Source of the DNA: a virus
Virus record (IMG/VR): IMGVR_UViG_3300035698_018475
Span: 60,323-124,322 of that record
Reading direction: 5' to 3' (one strand)
DNA: 64,000 bases
In this document: in pieces, positions 1-9,891 of the stretch
How the letters are laid out: every line of letters starts with the position of its first letter
How positions within the stretch are numbered: position 1 is the first letter of the stretch
Notes under the pieces: model-generated
What the model was told of the DNA's origin: nothing
Databases searched by the model: none
The model's input: only the letters and a program-made list of their open reading frames with translations
Program-made: the position numbers and the translations under genes

Positions 1-2
1 TT

Positions 3-812
3 ATAGATATTCCTAAAGGTGTTTATAAAAGAACTGAATTTCATAAAGAACGTATGAGATCAGGAAAAGTCCTTATAACAAGGGTTTGTCCTATATGTGG
101 GGATACTTTTGAATGTGGGGATTGGGCATATAAGTATACTTATTGTAGTATTCGATGTTCTGGTATTTCACAAAGAGGTAAAGTGATTTCACAAGAACAG
201 CGAGATAAAATAAGTACGACTCTACGAACTGTTAAAAGAGAAAGAAGGAAGTGCCTGGAGTGTGGAGAAATATTTGAGATTAAGGTGAATGTTACTAAGA
301 AATTTTGTAATAGAACTTGTTACTTTTCTTATAAAAAACGTGGTATGTATAAACATTCAGAGGAGACAAAGAAGAAGATAGGAGATAGACATAGAAGAGA
401 GAAGTTGAAGAAAGTCTGTCTTTCTTGTGGGAAGGAATTTTATGTATGTAAGTGTTTCAAATCCACTAAGTATTGTTCTATGAAGTGTTTTGGTTTGGAT
501 CATAGAGGGGATGGAGCAGCTGCTTGGAATGGTGGCACATCAAACTTTCCATATCCATTTGATTTTGATAAAGAACTGAAGGAGTTAATTCGTAAGAGAG
601 ATAGTTATGAATGTAGATTTTGTGGTATGTCACAAGAAGAACACTCGGAAGTTCTGGGAGAGCAGTTAAGTATACATCATATTGATTATGATAAGGAAAA
701 TTCTGATCCAAACAATCTTATTTCCTTATGTAGAGGATGTCATCTCAGGACTAATGTTAATAGAGAAAGTTGGAAGAAGATTTTTAGATTAAAGTTAAAA
801 ATGGCGATTTAG
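3..812 (+). CDS. HNH homing endonuclease with CxxC zinc-finger repeats and NUMOD3-like motifs; 5' partial (frame open to the window edge)
   Basis: C-terminal IHHIDYDKENSDPNNLISLCRGCH HNH motif; KHSEETKKKIG NUMOD3-like motif; no stop in frame from position 3 to the ATG at 54. Confidence 0.85.
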   Translation: MDIPKGVYKRTEFHKERMRSGKVLITRVCPICGDTFECGDWAYKYTYCSIRCSGISQRGKVISQEQRDKISTTLRTVKRERRKCLECGEIFEIKVNVTKKFCNRTCYFSYKKRGMYKHSEETKKKIGDRHRREKLKKVCLSCGKEFYVCKCFKSTKYCSMKCFGLDHRGDGAAAWNGGTSNFPYPFDFDKELKELIRKRDSYECRFCGMSQEEHSEVLGEQLSIHHIDYDKENSDPNNLISLCRGCHLRTNVNRESWKKIFRLKLKMAI

Positions 813-835
813 GGAACTATATAAGGAGAATAATT

Positions 836-1354
836 ATGAGTCCGACTATGGGAGTGGACAATCTTCGGGATAACTTAACTAATCCACAACGTACTTATAT
901 GTGGGAATTCCAATGTGTGAATCCCATAGGAGGTGGTGATGGGGAGACCCTACTCCTTCGTTGTCAGACTATGGTTTGGCCGGGAGAAGCTTTCGGTGAA
1001 ATACTTATTCCCTACAAGCAGACTGCCGGTCTGAAGGTTCCCGGTAAACGTAGCTATACTCATACTTTGGATACTACAATGATCGAGGGGGAAGATGGGG
1101 TAGTACATGATATAATCCACGCTTGGATGCAACTTATTGTGGATAATAAAACTGGGATAGGAGTGGGGGATAATGCGGTGAAAACTGATATTTATCTTCG
1201 ATTACTTTCTACTAAGGGGGAACAAACCAAGAGGATCCGGGTGATAGGTTGTTATCCACAGGCCAGAGATGAAATACCCCTATCCTATGATGATGAGGGT
1301 AATACATTGTTCCCCGTAACTTGGAGTTATGATCGTTGGGAAGAGGTTGTGTAG
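836..1354 (+). CDS. T4 gp19-like tail tube protein
   Basis: 172 aa; NPQRTYMWEF start, PGKRSY, GCYP and VTWSYDRWE end are typical of gp19; AAGGAG RBS. Confidence 0.85.
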   Translation: MSPTMGVDNLRDNLTNPQRTYMWEFQCVNPIGGGDGETLLLRCQTMVWPGEAFGEILIPYKQTAGLKVPGKRSYTHTLDTTMIEGEDGVVHDIIHAWMQLIVDNKTGIGVGDNAVKTDIYLRLLSTKGEQTKRIRVIGCYPQARDEIPLSYDDEGNTLFPVTWSYDRWEEVV

Positions 1355-1357
1355 TAT

Positions 1358-1927
1358 ATGGCTAAGTTCTCAGATTTAGTTTCTGGAGTTATGGGACCAC
1401 AATCCCTTTTGTCCTATCATAGGACTTATAATTGGGATATATATTTCTTCTTCTCCATGGGTGGTATAAGGGGAGAACTATTATCTAAGTTCTGTCAAGA
1501 CATTACATTTGGTGGTTATTCCATATCCGATCTGGTAGAATTACGTAAAGGAGGAAGACAAGAGTTTTATCCCGGGATGATGAATGTTAATACTGTTACT
1601 ATGACCTTTGTCATTCCGTCTCCTGATATAGTGGGTAAATTCTTTCAATCTTGGAGGGAGCTAATAGTTGATCGTCAAGGTTTTTATGGAGTGAAGAATG
1701 ACTATTCTAACAATATTTACATTTGGTTGGAGGGCAATAATTACTTTCCTAGTTCCAGATATGTATTAAAAAGAGCATTTCCTCTGGATGTACCTTTGTT
1801 CAATTTATCTTATGGAGATGAAGATGTAGTGAGATATCCAATAAACTTTAAGGTGGATGATGTACAATTGGCAGGAGTTGCTGATACTGCAATAGATTTT
1901 GCCACTGGTCTTTTTAAGTGGTTTTAA
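1358..1927 (+). CDS. Tail-tube paralog (gp54/gp48-like baseplate-tube junction protein)
   Basis: RTYNWDIY, FYPG, RAFPLDV, LSYGDEDVVRYPINFKVD parallel the gp19 motifs; adjacent to the tube gene. Confidence 0.65.
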   Translation: MAKFSDLVSGVMGPQSLLSYHRTYNWDIYFFFSMGGIRGELLSKFCQDITFGGYSISDLVELRKGGRQEFYPGMMNVNTVTMTFVIPSPDIVGKFFQSWRELIVDRQGFYGVKNDYSNNIYIWLEGNNYFPSSRYVLKRAFPLDVPLFNLSYGDEDVVRYPINFKVDDVQLAGVADTAIDFATGLFKWF

Positions 1928-1948
1928 GGAGATACATTTACAGAAGGG

Positions 1949-2710
1949 TTGGTAGATACAATGGGAAAGGATTTTAGAAGCGTTAAATTACCGTCTAAAT
2001 GTTTGGTATATCCCGGGGTAAGTCCAGAGGATATATCTATCTGTCAATTAACTGGGGAGGAAGAAAGGTTATTATCGGAGGTCAATACTTCTAATTTGGA
2101 TAGGAAGGTTCTTGAGGTCCTAAAGAATGTAGTACGAGGTGTAGACGTTTCTGTACTAACCGCAGGGGATCGATTGTTTCTCCTGATATGGGAGATTATG
2201 AATTCCTTTTCTGATGAGATTCCTGTAAGTTATCTATGTTACAATTGTAACAAGAAAGTGGATATTACTGGGAAGTTCTCTACTATGGAGGTTATAGAAC
2301 TTCCAGATGATTTCAAACAACCATATCCAGTGACTCTGTCAGATGAAAAAGTAGTAAATCTCCGTTTACTCACAGCGGGTGATGAAGTTCTGATCTCTGA
2401 TTATGAAAGTAGTGGTAAAGATGCTTGGTGTTATAGGTATGCATTAAGTATAGTTTCTGATGATGATATTTTGAGAAGGATTAAGTTCTATCAGGATCTT
2501 CCAGTAAAAGATACTGCTAAAATCAGAGCTTTCCAAGAGAAGTTTTTCCATGGACCCAGTATGGAATTTCCCTGTAAATGTCCATACTGTGGGGAGGAGG
2601 AACTTGTTTCCATACCCTTTCGTATTGAGTTCCTTTTTCCGTCTGGCGAGGGGCTTGTCAGAAATCATGGAATTGGAGTTTCATCTGATGTGGTACCTAA
2701 GGATGAGTAA
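1949..2710 (+). CDS. Baseplate hub assembly / tail assembly chaperone (T4 gp26/gp51-like); alternative ATG at 1961
   Basis: VKLPSK start, LTAGDRLFLL, two CxxC pairs (CYNC, CPYC); position before the tape measure gene. Confidence 0.65.
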   Translation: MVDTMGKDFRSVKLPSKCLVYPGVSPEDISICQLTGEEERLLSEVNTSNLDRKVLEVLKNVVRGVDVSVLTAGDRLFLLIWEIMNSFSDEIPVSYLCYNCNKKVDITGKFSTMEVIELPDDFKQPYPVTLSDEKVVNLRLLTAGDEVLISDYESSGKDAWCYRYALSIVSDDDILRRIKFYQDLPVKDTAKIRAFQEKFFHGPSMEFPCKCPYCGEEELVSIPFRIEFLFPSGEGLVRNHGIGVSSDVVPKDE

Positions 2711-2798
2711 ATCTGATCTTCTGCAGTGTTCTCTGAAAGAAAGAGATTGGTTATATAACAGATTGATACAGGTGATTAGTAGGAAGAAAGATGGCTAA
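2667..2798 (+). CDS. Small tail-chaperone partner ORF (43 aa), possibly a frameshift extension of the upstream gene
   Basis: MELEFHLMWYLRMSKSDLLQCSLKERDWLYNRL; frame open from 2550; overlaps the chaperone end in the +1 frame. Confidence 0.55.
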   Translation: MELEFHLMWYLRMSKSDLLQCSLKERDWLYNRLIQVISRKKDG

Positions 2799-4311
2799 GA
2801 GACCTACTTGGATTAGATCTTATATGAAGCTTGGGAGGTAGGCTTTTGATGATTACACCCTTTCTGTACTTCGCCTAATAGAGAAGAAGTACTCTGAGGA
2901 CTATGTAGTATTTCTTAAACAACTTAGATCTCATTTTTCTCCCGGCACTTCTATAGGAGAAAAGGCACGTATTTTAGAAAAACAGGTTCATCAGTCTATT
3001 AAGACCATCAGGAATCTCCGTGGTTGGTATGGTGGGAAAGCCACGAGAAAAGAAATATCTGAATTGTATGTGACCTTGGAAGCAATAGAATTGGGGATAA
3101 AAGATATTGCTGAGATGTCGGGAGCTTCCCAGGAGTTGAAAAGTGTACTGGTTTCTATACAGGAGCAGGTTAATGTTTCAGTAGAAGAAATCCAGAAAGC
3201 AGGAAAAGCGATTAAGAAAGGAGTATCTTCTGCAAGAGTAAAAGGAAAAGGTAGAAAAAGGCAGAGAAGGGATTCTTCTTTCCAAAGGGATATTTTAAGA
3301 GGCTTTCTTGGGGAAATGGTGGTGGGGAGAGGAGATGGACGTAGGACTAAAGGTAAGGCAGAGGGTCGTGGAAGAACCAGGTTAATGCGGGCTCTGACTC
3401 CAGTTTCTACCCCTGAGATAGGTGGAGAGAGGCCCAGAACCAGGGCAACCACAGTAGGAGGAGTATCTGCAGGAGGTTTATATGAATTCTTTGACCAAGG
3501 TGCTTATAAAGCCACATGGACCAGAGATGTTATTAGTGAGTTGAGGGAGATTAGAACCAAATTAACCATTGGTACAAAAGGTAAGGGAGTGGGTGGTTTA
3601 CTGGGTAAGTTGGCTTTAGTTCTTGGTGGTGGGGCGGGAGTGGTGGCACTTATGGGTGGTTTGGTCGTTACTCTAGGATTATTGGCAGGTGCTGTTGTAA
3701 CTTCTATCGGTGCTTATAATAAGTTCAAGAATATGATAGTAGGAACAAAAGAGGTGGGTAGGAGAGCGGGGGAGGCTGTGTCAGAAAGAGCTTCTGCAGA
3801 TAGGATAAGACAAAGTCTTGGTTTACCATCTGTTGCAAAAGCATTTGGAGAATCTCCAGAAGTACAGAGAGATCTTAGGAGAGCCAAAGCACAGGAGAAG
3901 TTATGGTCTTCAAAGACTAAGATCAAAGAAAGATCTAAGTCACTGGTACAATGGTTGTTCCCCGGAATTAGGACAGATCCTTATCAACCTCATAAGGGGA
4001 CAGAGATAGGTATGACAGCATCAATAGAAAGTATTCTGAAAAGTAGAGAAGCCACGGCAGCAGAAGCCAAGAGAATTACAGAGATGTTAGGAATATCTGG
4101 GGCTGGGGGAAGACCAAGAGGAGGACTTCCTCCCCCAAAATCAGATGTGTTTACCCAGCAGTTTATGACAGAACATGGGAATACCATGAAGAAGGTAGAT
4201 AGTTCTTTGAATCAATTAGTTAAGCAAAGAGGTAAGAAAGATCCCACTCCTATTACTAAAGATAGGCAGTTTGAGGTGGATACTACTCATAATTGGATGA
4301 ATACAAATTAA
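2791..4311 (+). CDS. Putative tape measure protein with an in-frame TAG at codon 17 (2839-2841)
   Basis: ATG 2791 overlaps the upstream stop and is in frame with ORF 3064-4311; 74 sense codons with no start codon lie between the TAG and TTG 3064; helical, basic, with a Gly/Ala hydrophobic segment; canonical position. Confidence 0.55.
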
Positions 4312-4321
4312 GGAATAGGAT

Positions 4322-5248
4322 GTGACCATAACGGCGGAACCAACTACTGGGGAACAGTATATAAAAACTTTGGGTAAGACTGCCAGGAATCCAAATAATA
4401 TCCGTGTCCGTTTTCGAGAAGTTCCACAGGTGACACAGAATCAATATTCCCGAGTAGGTTATCTTCCCGAAACGTCTGGAACTCCCGATGCTTATATAAC
4501 TACTATTATTAGTAGGACTTTACAATGTAAGATATATGCAATTATTCCGGAAGAGATAAGATTTGTGGTAAATAGTGTGTGGGAACCTTTTCCAGGATTA
4601 GGTATGTTTAGTGATTTGGCAGAACTAATTCCACAAGCACTGTTTGGGGTAACTTTGGTTCAGCCTTGGATGAAGAGGAGGATGTGGCGGGGTTCAACTC
4701 CTATTCAGATACAGGTTCGGATGCAATTTGTAGCTTATGATAATGCGATGAATAATGTGGTTACTCCTTGTATGTACCTCCAGCAGATGACTTTACCTCA
4801 TGAGAGTTTTAACCTAGATTATGTGGAAAATGAGGGGGCTAAAAATGAGAGTTCTGAGAGATTGTTCACCGCTTACAGTCCACCGGGACCAAGTCCGTTC
4901 ACTGTATTTGAGGATGTAGGAAAGGGGGATAAGATAGACCTAACCTTTGGTACCTTCTTACAGTTTGAGAATGTTATTATCACTGAAGCCGAGATTACTT
5001 TTGATAGTCGGTTTACTCCTGAGGGATTTCCAGTATCTGCTGCAGCAAATATTACCTTTGAAACATTTGAGATGGTAACAAAAGAGAAGTTAAGAGCAGC
5101 CTATGAGTTTAATACTTCGATTCCCAAATTAGATGAGGGGCAAATGCAATCAATTACCTTAAATCAACTTGGAAAAGGTTTGGGGGATACCGTACAAGAT
5201 ACAGTGAATAAAACTTCTAGTTTTGCCAAGAAATTTTTACCAGGATAA
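4322..5248 (+). CDS. Baseplate tube-cap / tube initiator protein (gp48-like or CIS tube-like)
   Basis: WRGSTPIQIQVRMQFVA and FENVIITEAEITF segments; lies between tape measure and gp53-like genes. Confidence 0.5.
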   Translation: MTITAEPTTGEQYIKTLGKTARNPNNIRVRFREVPQVTQNQYSRVGYLPETSGTPDAYITTIISRTLQCKIYAIIPEEIRFVVNSVWEPFPGLGMFSDLAELIPQALFGVTLVQPWMKRRMWRGSTPIQIQVRMQFVAYDNAMNNVVTPCMYLQQMTLPHESFNLDYVENEGAKNESSERLFTAYSPPGPSPFTVFEDVGKGDKIDLTFGTFLQFENVIITEAEITFDSRFTPEGFPVSAAANITFETFEMVTKEKLRAAYEFNTSIPKLDEGQMQSITLNQLGKGLGDTVQDTVNKTSSFAKKFLPG

Positions 5249-5255
5249 ATAAACC

Positions 5256-5561
5256 ATGGATAGGACTAAGTTTTTCAAGAGAACTACCGTTGCCGGGGTA
5301 CGGGAATTGGATTTTCTATACAATACTATATCCAATTTGGTTCCTAGACATAAAAGTACATTCTATCGTCTATCCATACTGGACAGAAAGAGACCAGATA
5401 TTACCAGTTTCAGGAATTATGGTACCCCCAGCTGGTGGTGGATAGTTTTAGCATTTAATGGTATACAAGATCCCTTTTTTGAAACTAAGGTGGGAAGGAT
5501 GTTGGAAATACCAAACGTTTTGGATATTTATGAGTTTGCCAAGGATTTTAAGTTAAGATAG
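5256..5561 (+). CDS. T4 gp53-like (LysM-like) baseplate wedge protein
   Basis: RPDITSFRNYGTPSWWWIVLAFNGIQDPF motif. Confidence 0.8.
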   Translation: MDRTKFFKRTTVAGVRELDFLYNTISNLVPRHKSTFYRLSILDRKRPDITSFRNYGTPSWWWIVLAFNGIQDPFFETKVGRMLEIPNVLDIYEFAKDFKLR

Positions 5562-5565
5562 TAAT

Positions 5566-6852
5566 ATGTTAACAAGAACTACTGATTATTCTGTACGCTT
5601 GAAGTTTGGGGATGTTGAAGCCACAGTGGACCCTCATACTATGAGGGAATTCACAGTTACCCAGGATATCAATAGTTTCCTTCCATCTTTTAAGATTCGG
5701 ACCGTGGATCGTCAGGGATTATTGACCCATGTAGTTCCTTTTGATAGAAGAGTGAGTAGAATCTTTGTTCAGTTCAGTGGTTTTGAAGATATTCAAAATG
5801 GGGAGAATCATAACTTTTTTAATTTCATAGTGCATAGGAAATTCCCGGATAGTGATGGTTTGTTCCATATTGAAGGATTGTTGGATGTAGATGGTCTGTT
5901 CTATCCAAAGAGAACCATTGGCAGACAAGGAATGGTATCTTCAATCATAAAAGAGATATCTGAGAATGAACTACGGGTGGTAGAAACAGATATAAGTCCA
6001 TCTCTTGCAGGAACAATGACTACGGTTCAGGGGGATTCTAGTAATGCTGAGTTTCTCAAGTGGTTAAAAGATCAGTCTACTGGATCCAATAATGAGGGAT
6101 GTTTCTTTTGTTTTGTCCGAGTTAGAAGAGGAATAAGAGAATTGGTTTTTCGAAGTTTGCATGATTTTGTCAGGTTAGAACCAGTGAACAACTTTGCTTT
6201 CTTTAGGGAAAAGGTGGAAGATTATTATCCTATCTTAGATTATCAAATAGTAGATACTTTTACGTCTCATAGAATGGGTGGATATAAGACTCAAACCTAT
6301 TCTTACTTTGATTATTATCAAGGAAAGTATGTAAACCAATCTTTGGATACCACGGAGTACTTTGCACTGGCAGAGAAGTTTCTAATAGATTCGAATAGAC
6401 CGGATGAAGATGTTAATGAGATATCGAATCTTGGGAGAAACAAGGAAGATGATAGGACCTACACCGGTAAAATAAAAGGACTGTACTATAAAGCACTTAC
6501 TTCTCTATCAAAGATGTGGATTACTACCAGAGGTATGCAGAATATATGTCCGGGAGATATAGTGTTATTGGCCTTCCCTGGTCCTGCAATAGATGGTAAG
6601 ATCCTGGATTATCAATATTCCGGTTTTTGGTTGGTGGAAAGGATTGTCCATTCCTTTGGTACAAGTTATATTAGTAAAATACTTCTTACTAGGAATGGAG
6701 TGGATTCTACTATTGAGTCCACCTTATTACCAGCTAGTATCAAGAAGACCAGATCCAGAGAGTTTGGTAGAAGAAGAACTTTCGAAACTCCTTCGGTTCG
6801 GAAGGAGATAGGAGAGACTGGGAGAGATGGAGAATCTATTACAACCAGTTAG
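5566..6852 (+). CDS. Baseplate hub protein (gp27 / late control D-like)
   Basis: 428 aa between gp53-like and spike genes; C-terminal PGDIV...SGFWLVERIVHSF motif. Confidence 0.65.
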   Translation: MLTRTTDYSVRLKFGDVEATVDPHTMREFTVTQDINSFLPSFKIRTVDRQGLLTHVVPFDRRVSRIFVQFSGFEDIQNGENHNFFNFIVHRKFPDSDGLFHIEGLLDVDGLFYPKRTIGRQGMVSSIIKEISENELRVVETDISPSLAGTMTTVQGDSSNAEFLKWLKDQSTGSNNEGCFFCFVRVRRGIRELVFRSLHDFVRLEPVNNFAFFREKVEDYYPILDYQIVDTFTSHRMGGYKTQTYSYFDYYQGKYVNQSLDTTEYFALAEKFLIDSNRPDEDVNEISNLGRNKEDDRTYTGKIKGLYYKALTSLSKMWITTRGMQNICPGDIVLLAFPGPAIDGKILDYQYSGFWLVERIVHSFGTSYISKILLTRNGVDSTIESTLLPASIKKTRSREFGRRRTFETPSVRKEIGETGRDGESITTS

Positions 6853-6858
6853 GAATAA

Positions 6859-7362
6859 ATGGAAGAGAAAGATAAAATTCTAGGTAATTATAGAGGAAAA
6901 GTTCTTTCCACAGACGATCCGGATCAAAAGGGTAGGATCAAGGTTGAGATCTATCCTTGGTTTATTGGAGTTCAAGCAAAGTTTCTCCCGTGGGCAGTTC
7001 CTTGCCGATCCATGTTTTGTGGAGCTGGAGATGGTATAGGTTCTTTTTGTATACCCAGTGTAGGTAGTTATGTTTGGTGTTTCTTTGAAGCAGGAGACAG
7101 GCATCAACCAGTCTACTTCGGGGAAGCCCCTGATTTTGTACATGGTATAGTCCAAGAGGCACTTGATAGTTATCCTAATGTTCGTGCTTGGAAGACTCCA
7201 TCTGGGATAGTTATACAAATAGATGATTCTGCTCCAAGTATAACAATCACTCATCCACAGGGAGCTAGTATTGAGATAGATAGTACAGGTGCTTTAACAG
7301 TATCTTCTGAAGGAATTATAACATTACAAGGGCAAGAAGTTAATATCAATCCGGAAATATAA
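6859..7362 (+). CDS. Baseplate central spike (gp5/Vgr OB-fold plus short beta-helix)
   Basis: YRGKVLSTDDPDQKGRIKV, PWAVP, PSVGSYVWCFFEAGD motifs. Confidence 0.85.
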   Translation: MEEKDKILGNYRGKVLSTDDPDQKGRIKVEIYPWFIGVQAKFLPWAVPCRSMFCGAGDGIGSFCIPSVGSYVWCFFEAGDRHQPVYFGEAPDFVHGIVQEALDSYPNVRAWKTPSGIVIQIDDSAPSITITHPQGASIEIDSTGALTVSSEGIITLQGQEVNINPEI

Positions 7363-7661
7363 TGGCTAAGAGAAGAATAGCTTGTTTGGGGGATCCTATG
7401 ATGACTCCTGCAGGTGCGTCCAGAGGTACTATAATAGAGTCAGGACAAGAATCTTGGGCAAATAAGTTTAAGGTGAATGGTTTGGAAGTAGCGGTAGAAG
7501 GTGCTAAATCCAAGTATGCTGCTAATCCTAAGAGGAACCTGGTTCCTACTGTACTTAAAACTTTTTCAAATGGTAAGAAGATAATAGTGGCAGGGGATCC
7601 ACATGATGGTCCTGGTACTGCTGTTGCCACTCCTCCAGATCGTTCAGTATATGTGGAATAA
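7362..7661 (+). CDS. PAAR-like spike tip protein
   Basis: IACLGDP, VAVEG and AGDPHDG repeats; follows the spike gene. Confidence 0.7.
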   Translation: MAKRRIACLGDPMMTPAGASRGTIIESGQESWANKFKVNGLEVAVEGAKSKYAANPKRNLVPTVLKTFSNGKKIIVAGDPHDGPGTAVATPPDRSVYVE

Positions 7662-7664
7662 ATT

Positions 7665-8087
7665 ATGGCCAGTAAAATTTTAGTTGAAGAGACTTCTCTG
7701 ATAAATCCGGGAGAAGTTTGGAGTGAGATCCATCAAGAGATTATCTTGGATTCCCGTGGGACCGTAAAGAGGGTTGTCAATGAAGCAGCTGTGGTGGCTT
7801 CCATAGATAATATACTTCGTACCTCAGTTTATGAGAGAGTGATGTTGCCCAGTTTTGGGGCAGGGATTGATAAACTTCTGTTCGATCCTATATCTCAATC
7901 TTTAGCCACTGAAATATCTACTAAGATAAAAGAGAACATTAGTAGATGGGATGATAGAGTTATAATTAACTCTATAGATTTTACACAACAACCGGATTCT
8001 AATTTTATGGGTTTGAGGATGGTCTTTTCTATTGCGGGATATGAGAATGTATTTGAATATCAAGCAGATATACCTGTTGGAGATTAG
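7665..8087 (+). CDS. gp25-like baseplate wedge / sheath initiator
   Basis: SIDNILRTSVYERVMLPSFG...LLFDP...WDDRV motif. Confidence 0.85.
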   Translation: MASKILVEETSLINPGEVWSEIHQEIILDSRGTVKRVVNEAAVVASIDNILRTSVYERVMLPSFGAGIDKLLFDPISQSLATEISTKIKENISRWDDRVIINSIDFTQQPDSNFMGLRMVFSIAGYENVFEYQADIPVGD

Positions 8088-9889
8088 TGATGCCGAACCT
8101 TTTGGACTACGTAAATTATGACTTTGATAATCTAGTGGCTCAGCTCCAAGAACGGTTGAGGGAGAACGATGCTTGGAAAGATGCTTATAGATCTGGCACA
8201 GGGCAGATGCTGATTGAATTCTATGCTTATGTGGGGAATTTAGTTCTTTACTATGTGGAAAGAAGAGCAGAAGAGGGTTATATAGGTACTGCACAGAATA
8301 GATCCAGTGTGGTGAATTTAGTTAAACTACTTAACTATTCTCCGAAGAGAAAAACTTCTTCCACCGGGTTATTAACATTTTCTCTAGCATCAGCGAATGC
8401 TTTTGATATCTATATAGAGAAGTTTGTACGAATCAGTACTTCTGCTGGATTAAAATTTGTTGTAGGAGAGAAAGAACTGGACGAGGATGGAGAATATACC
8501 GGCAATATAGTTGGTGGTGGGGTATTAAGAGCAGGTTCTACCAGTATAGACCTGACAGCTATACAGGGAGAATTGGTACAGAAAGAAATAACCTCCCCCG
8601 GAACTGCGGATCAGACTTACATAATAGAGGATACTAATGTAGAGAACTACACTTTGTCCGTAACAGTAGATGGAATAATTTGGACCAGAGTCACTTCTTT
8701 TGCTGCATCCGAATCTAGTGATGCTCATTATGTGGTCAGGGAGGAATTGGATGGTACTCTGAAGATATTATTTGGGGATAATGAGAAAGGATATATTCCC
8801 CCAATACTGAGTACTATATTTATTCAATATATACTGTCTGATGGGTTGGATGGTAATGTGTTTCAGGGAGATCAAATAACCACTATAGATTCTGATATCT
8901 TCGATGTAGAGGCAAATTCTATAACTTTGACTGTCACTAATTCAAGTGCAATTGATCCTGATACGGGAGATACCATTGGTGCTTTTGTGGGTGGGGATAA
9001 TGAAGAAGATATTGAAGAAATCCGATATGAAGCACCCAGAGTGTTCAGAACAGGAGAAAGGGCGGTCACTAGGAATGATTTTATTGCTATACTTGAGAAT
9101 TATGCCGGAATTGCAACTGCCAATGCCTGGGGAGAAAATGAAGAGACCCCACCAGATTATGATATGTTCAATACGGTAAATCTTTGCTTCCTTTTGTATG
9201 GATGGGCACAACCAACTACTACCTTTAAGTCAGTATTGTCTGATTATTTGTATGGTAGATCCCTGATAACCGTAAAGTATGAGTATGTAGATGTGGAAAT
9301 AGTTTATGTCATTCCTGTTATTGATGTTATTACTACCAAGAACTATTCTTTATCCCAGGCAAGGTTAGATGTGGAAGGAGTATTTGAAGATCAGTTCGTA
9401 CTAGGAAGTACCACAAAATTGGGAGAGGCTAAAAATTATTCTAATCTTGTCAGTATGGTTGATGAATTAACTGGAGTATCTTACCATCATTTGGTATTGG
9501 AATTACATCAAGAAATACAGGATGAAGAGGAGTCATCCTTAGGTTCTGGTGGTACTTATTCTGGAACTTTATTATTGATTCCTGTAAAAGCAGAAGCAGA
9601 ATCGGTTAAGGTCTATCTGGGTTCTGGAAGTACTGCAACTCAGATTGGGGAAGATGATGGTTCTGGAGTATTAGCTTCTACTGGAGTCACATATACAGTT
9701 ACGGGAACTATCAATTATACTACTGGAGTATTTTCTGTGACAGTAAGTCCGGAACCAACTTCAGGGACTGTGATAGCCATAAGATATCAGCAGGATTATA
9801 CTGATCGTGAGCAGGATGTAGTAGTAGATTACAATCAGATATGTCGATTACAAGACGTGGATATAACCAGTATTTCAAGCGAGAACTAA
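8087..9889 (+). CDS. gp6-like (baseplate J-like) wedge protein
   Basis: YVNYDFDNL, AQNRSSV, ILFGDNEKGYIP, GGDNEEDIEEIR, RAVTRNDF motifs. Confidence 0.85.
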   Translation: MMPNLLDYVNYDFDNLVAQLQERLRENDAWKDAYRSGTGQMLIEFYAYVGNLVLYYVERRAEEGYIGTAQNRSSVVNLVKLLNYSPKRKTSSTGLLTFSLASANAFDIYIEKFVRISTSAGLKFVVGEKELDEDGEYTGNIVGGGVLRAGSTSIDLTAIQGELVQKEITSPGTADQTYIIEDTNVENYTLSVTVDGIIWTRVTSFAASESSDAHYVVREELDGTLKILFGDNEKGYIPPILSTIFIQYILSDGLDGNVFQGDQITTIDSDIFDVEANSITLTVTNSSAIDPDTGDTIGAFVGGDNEEDIEEIRYEAPRVFRTGERAVTRNDFIAILENYAGIATANAWGENEETPPDYDMFNTVNLCFLLYGWAQPTTTFKSVLSDYLYGRSLITVKYEYVDVEIVYVIPVIDVITTKNYSLSQARLDVEGVFEDQFVLGSTTKLGEAKNYSNLVSMVDELTGVSYHHLVLELHQEIQDEEESSLGSGGTYSGTLLLIPVKAEAESVKVYLGSGSTATQIGEDDGSGVLASTGVTYTVTGTINYTTGVFSVTVSPEPTSGTVIAIRYQQDYTDREQDVVVDYNQICRLQDVDITSISSEN

Positions 9890-9891
9890 TT

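Noticed and set aside
6859-7362. Short gp5 lacking a lysozyme domain as a novelty
   Set aside because: An OB-fold plus short beta-helix spike with a separate PAAR is ordinary (P2 gpV / Mu gp45 type).
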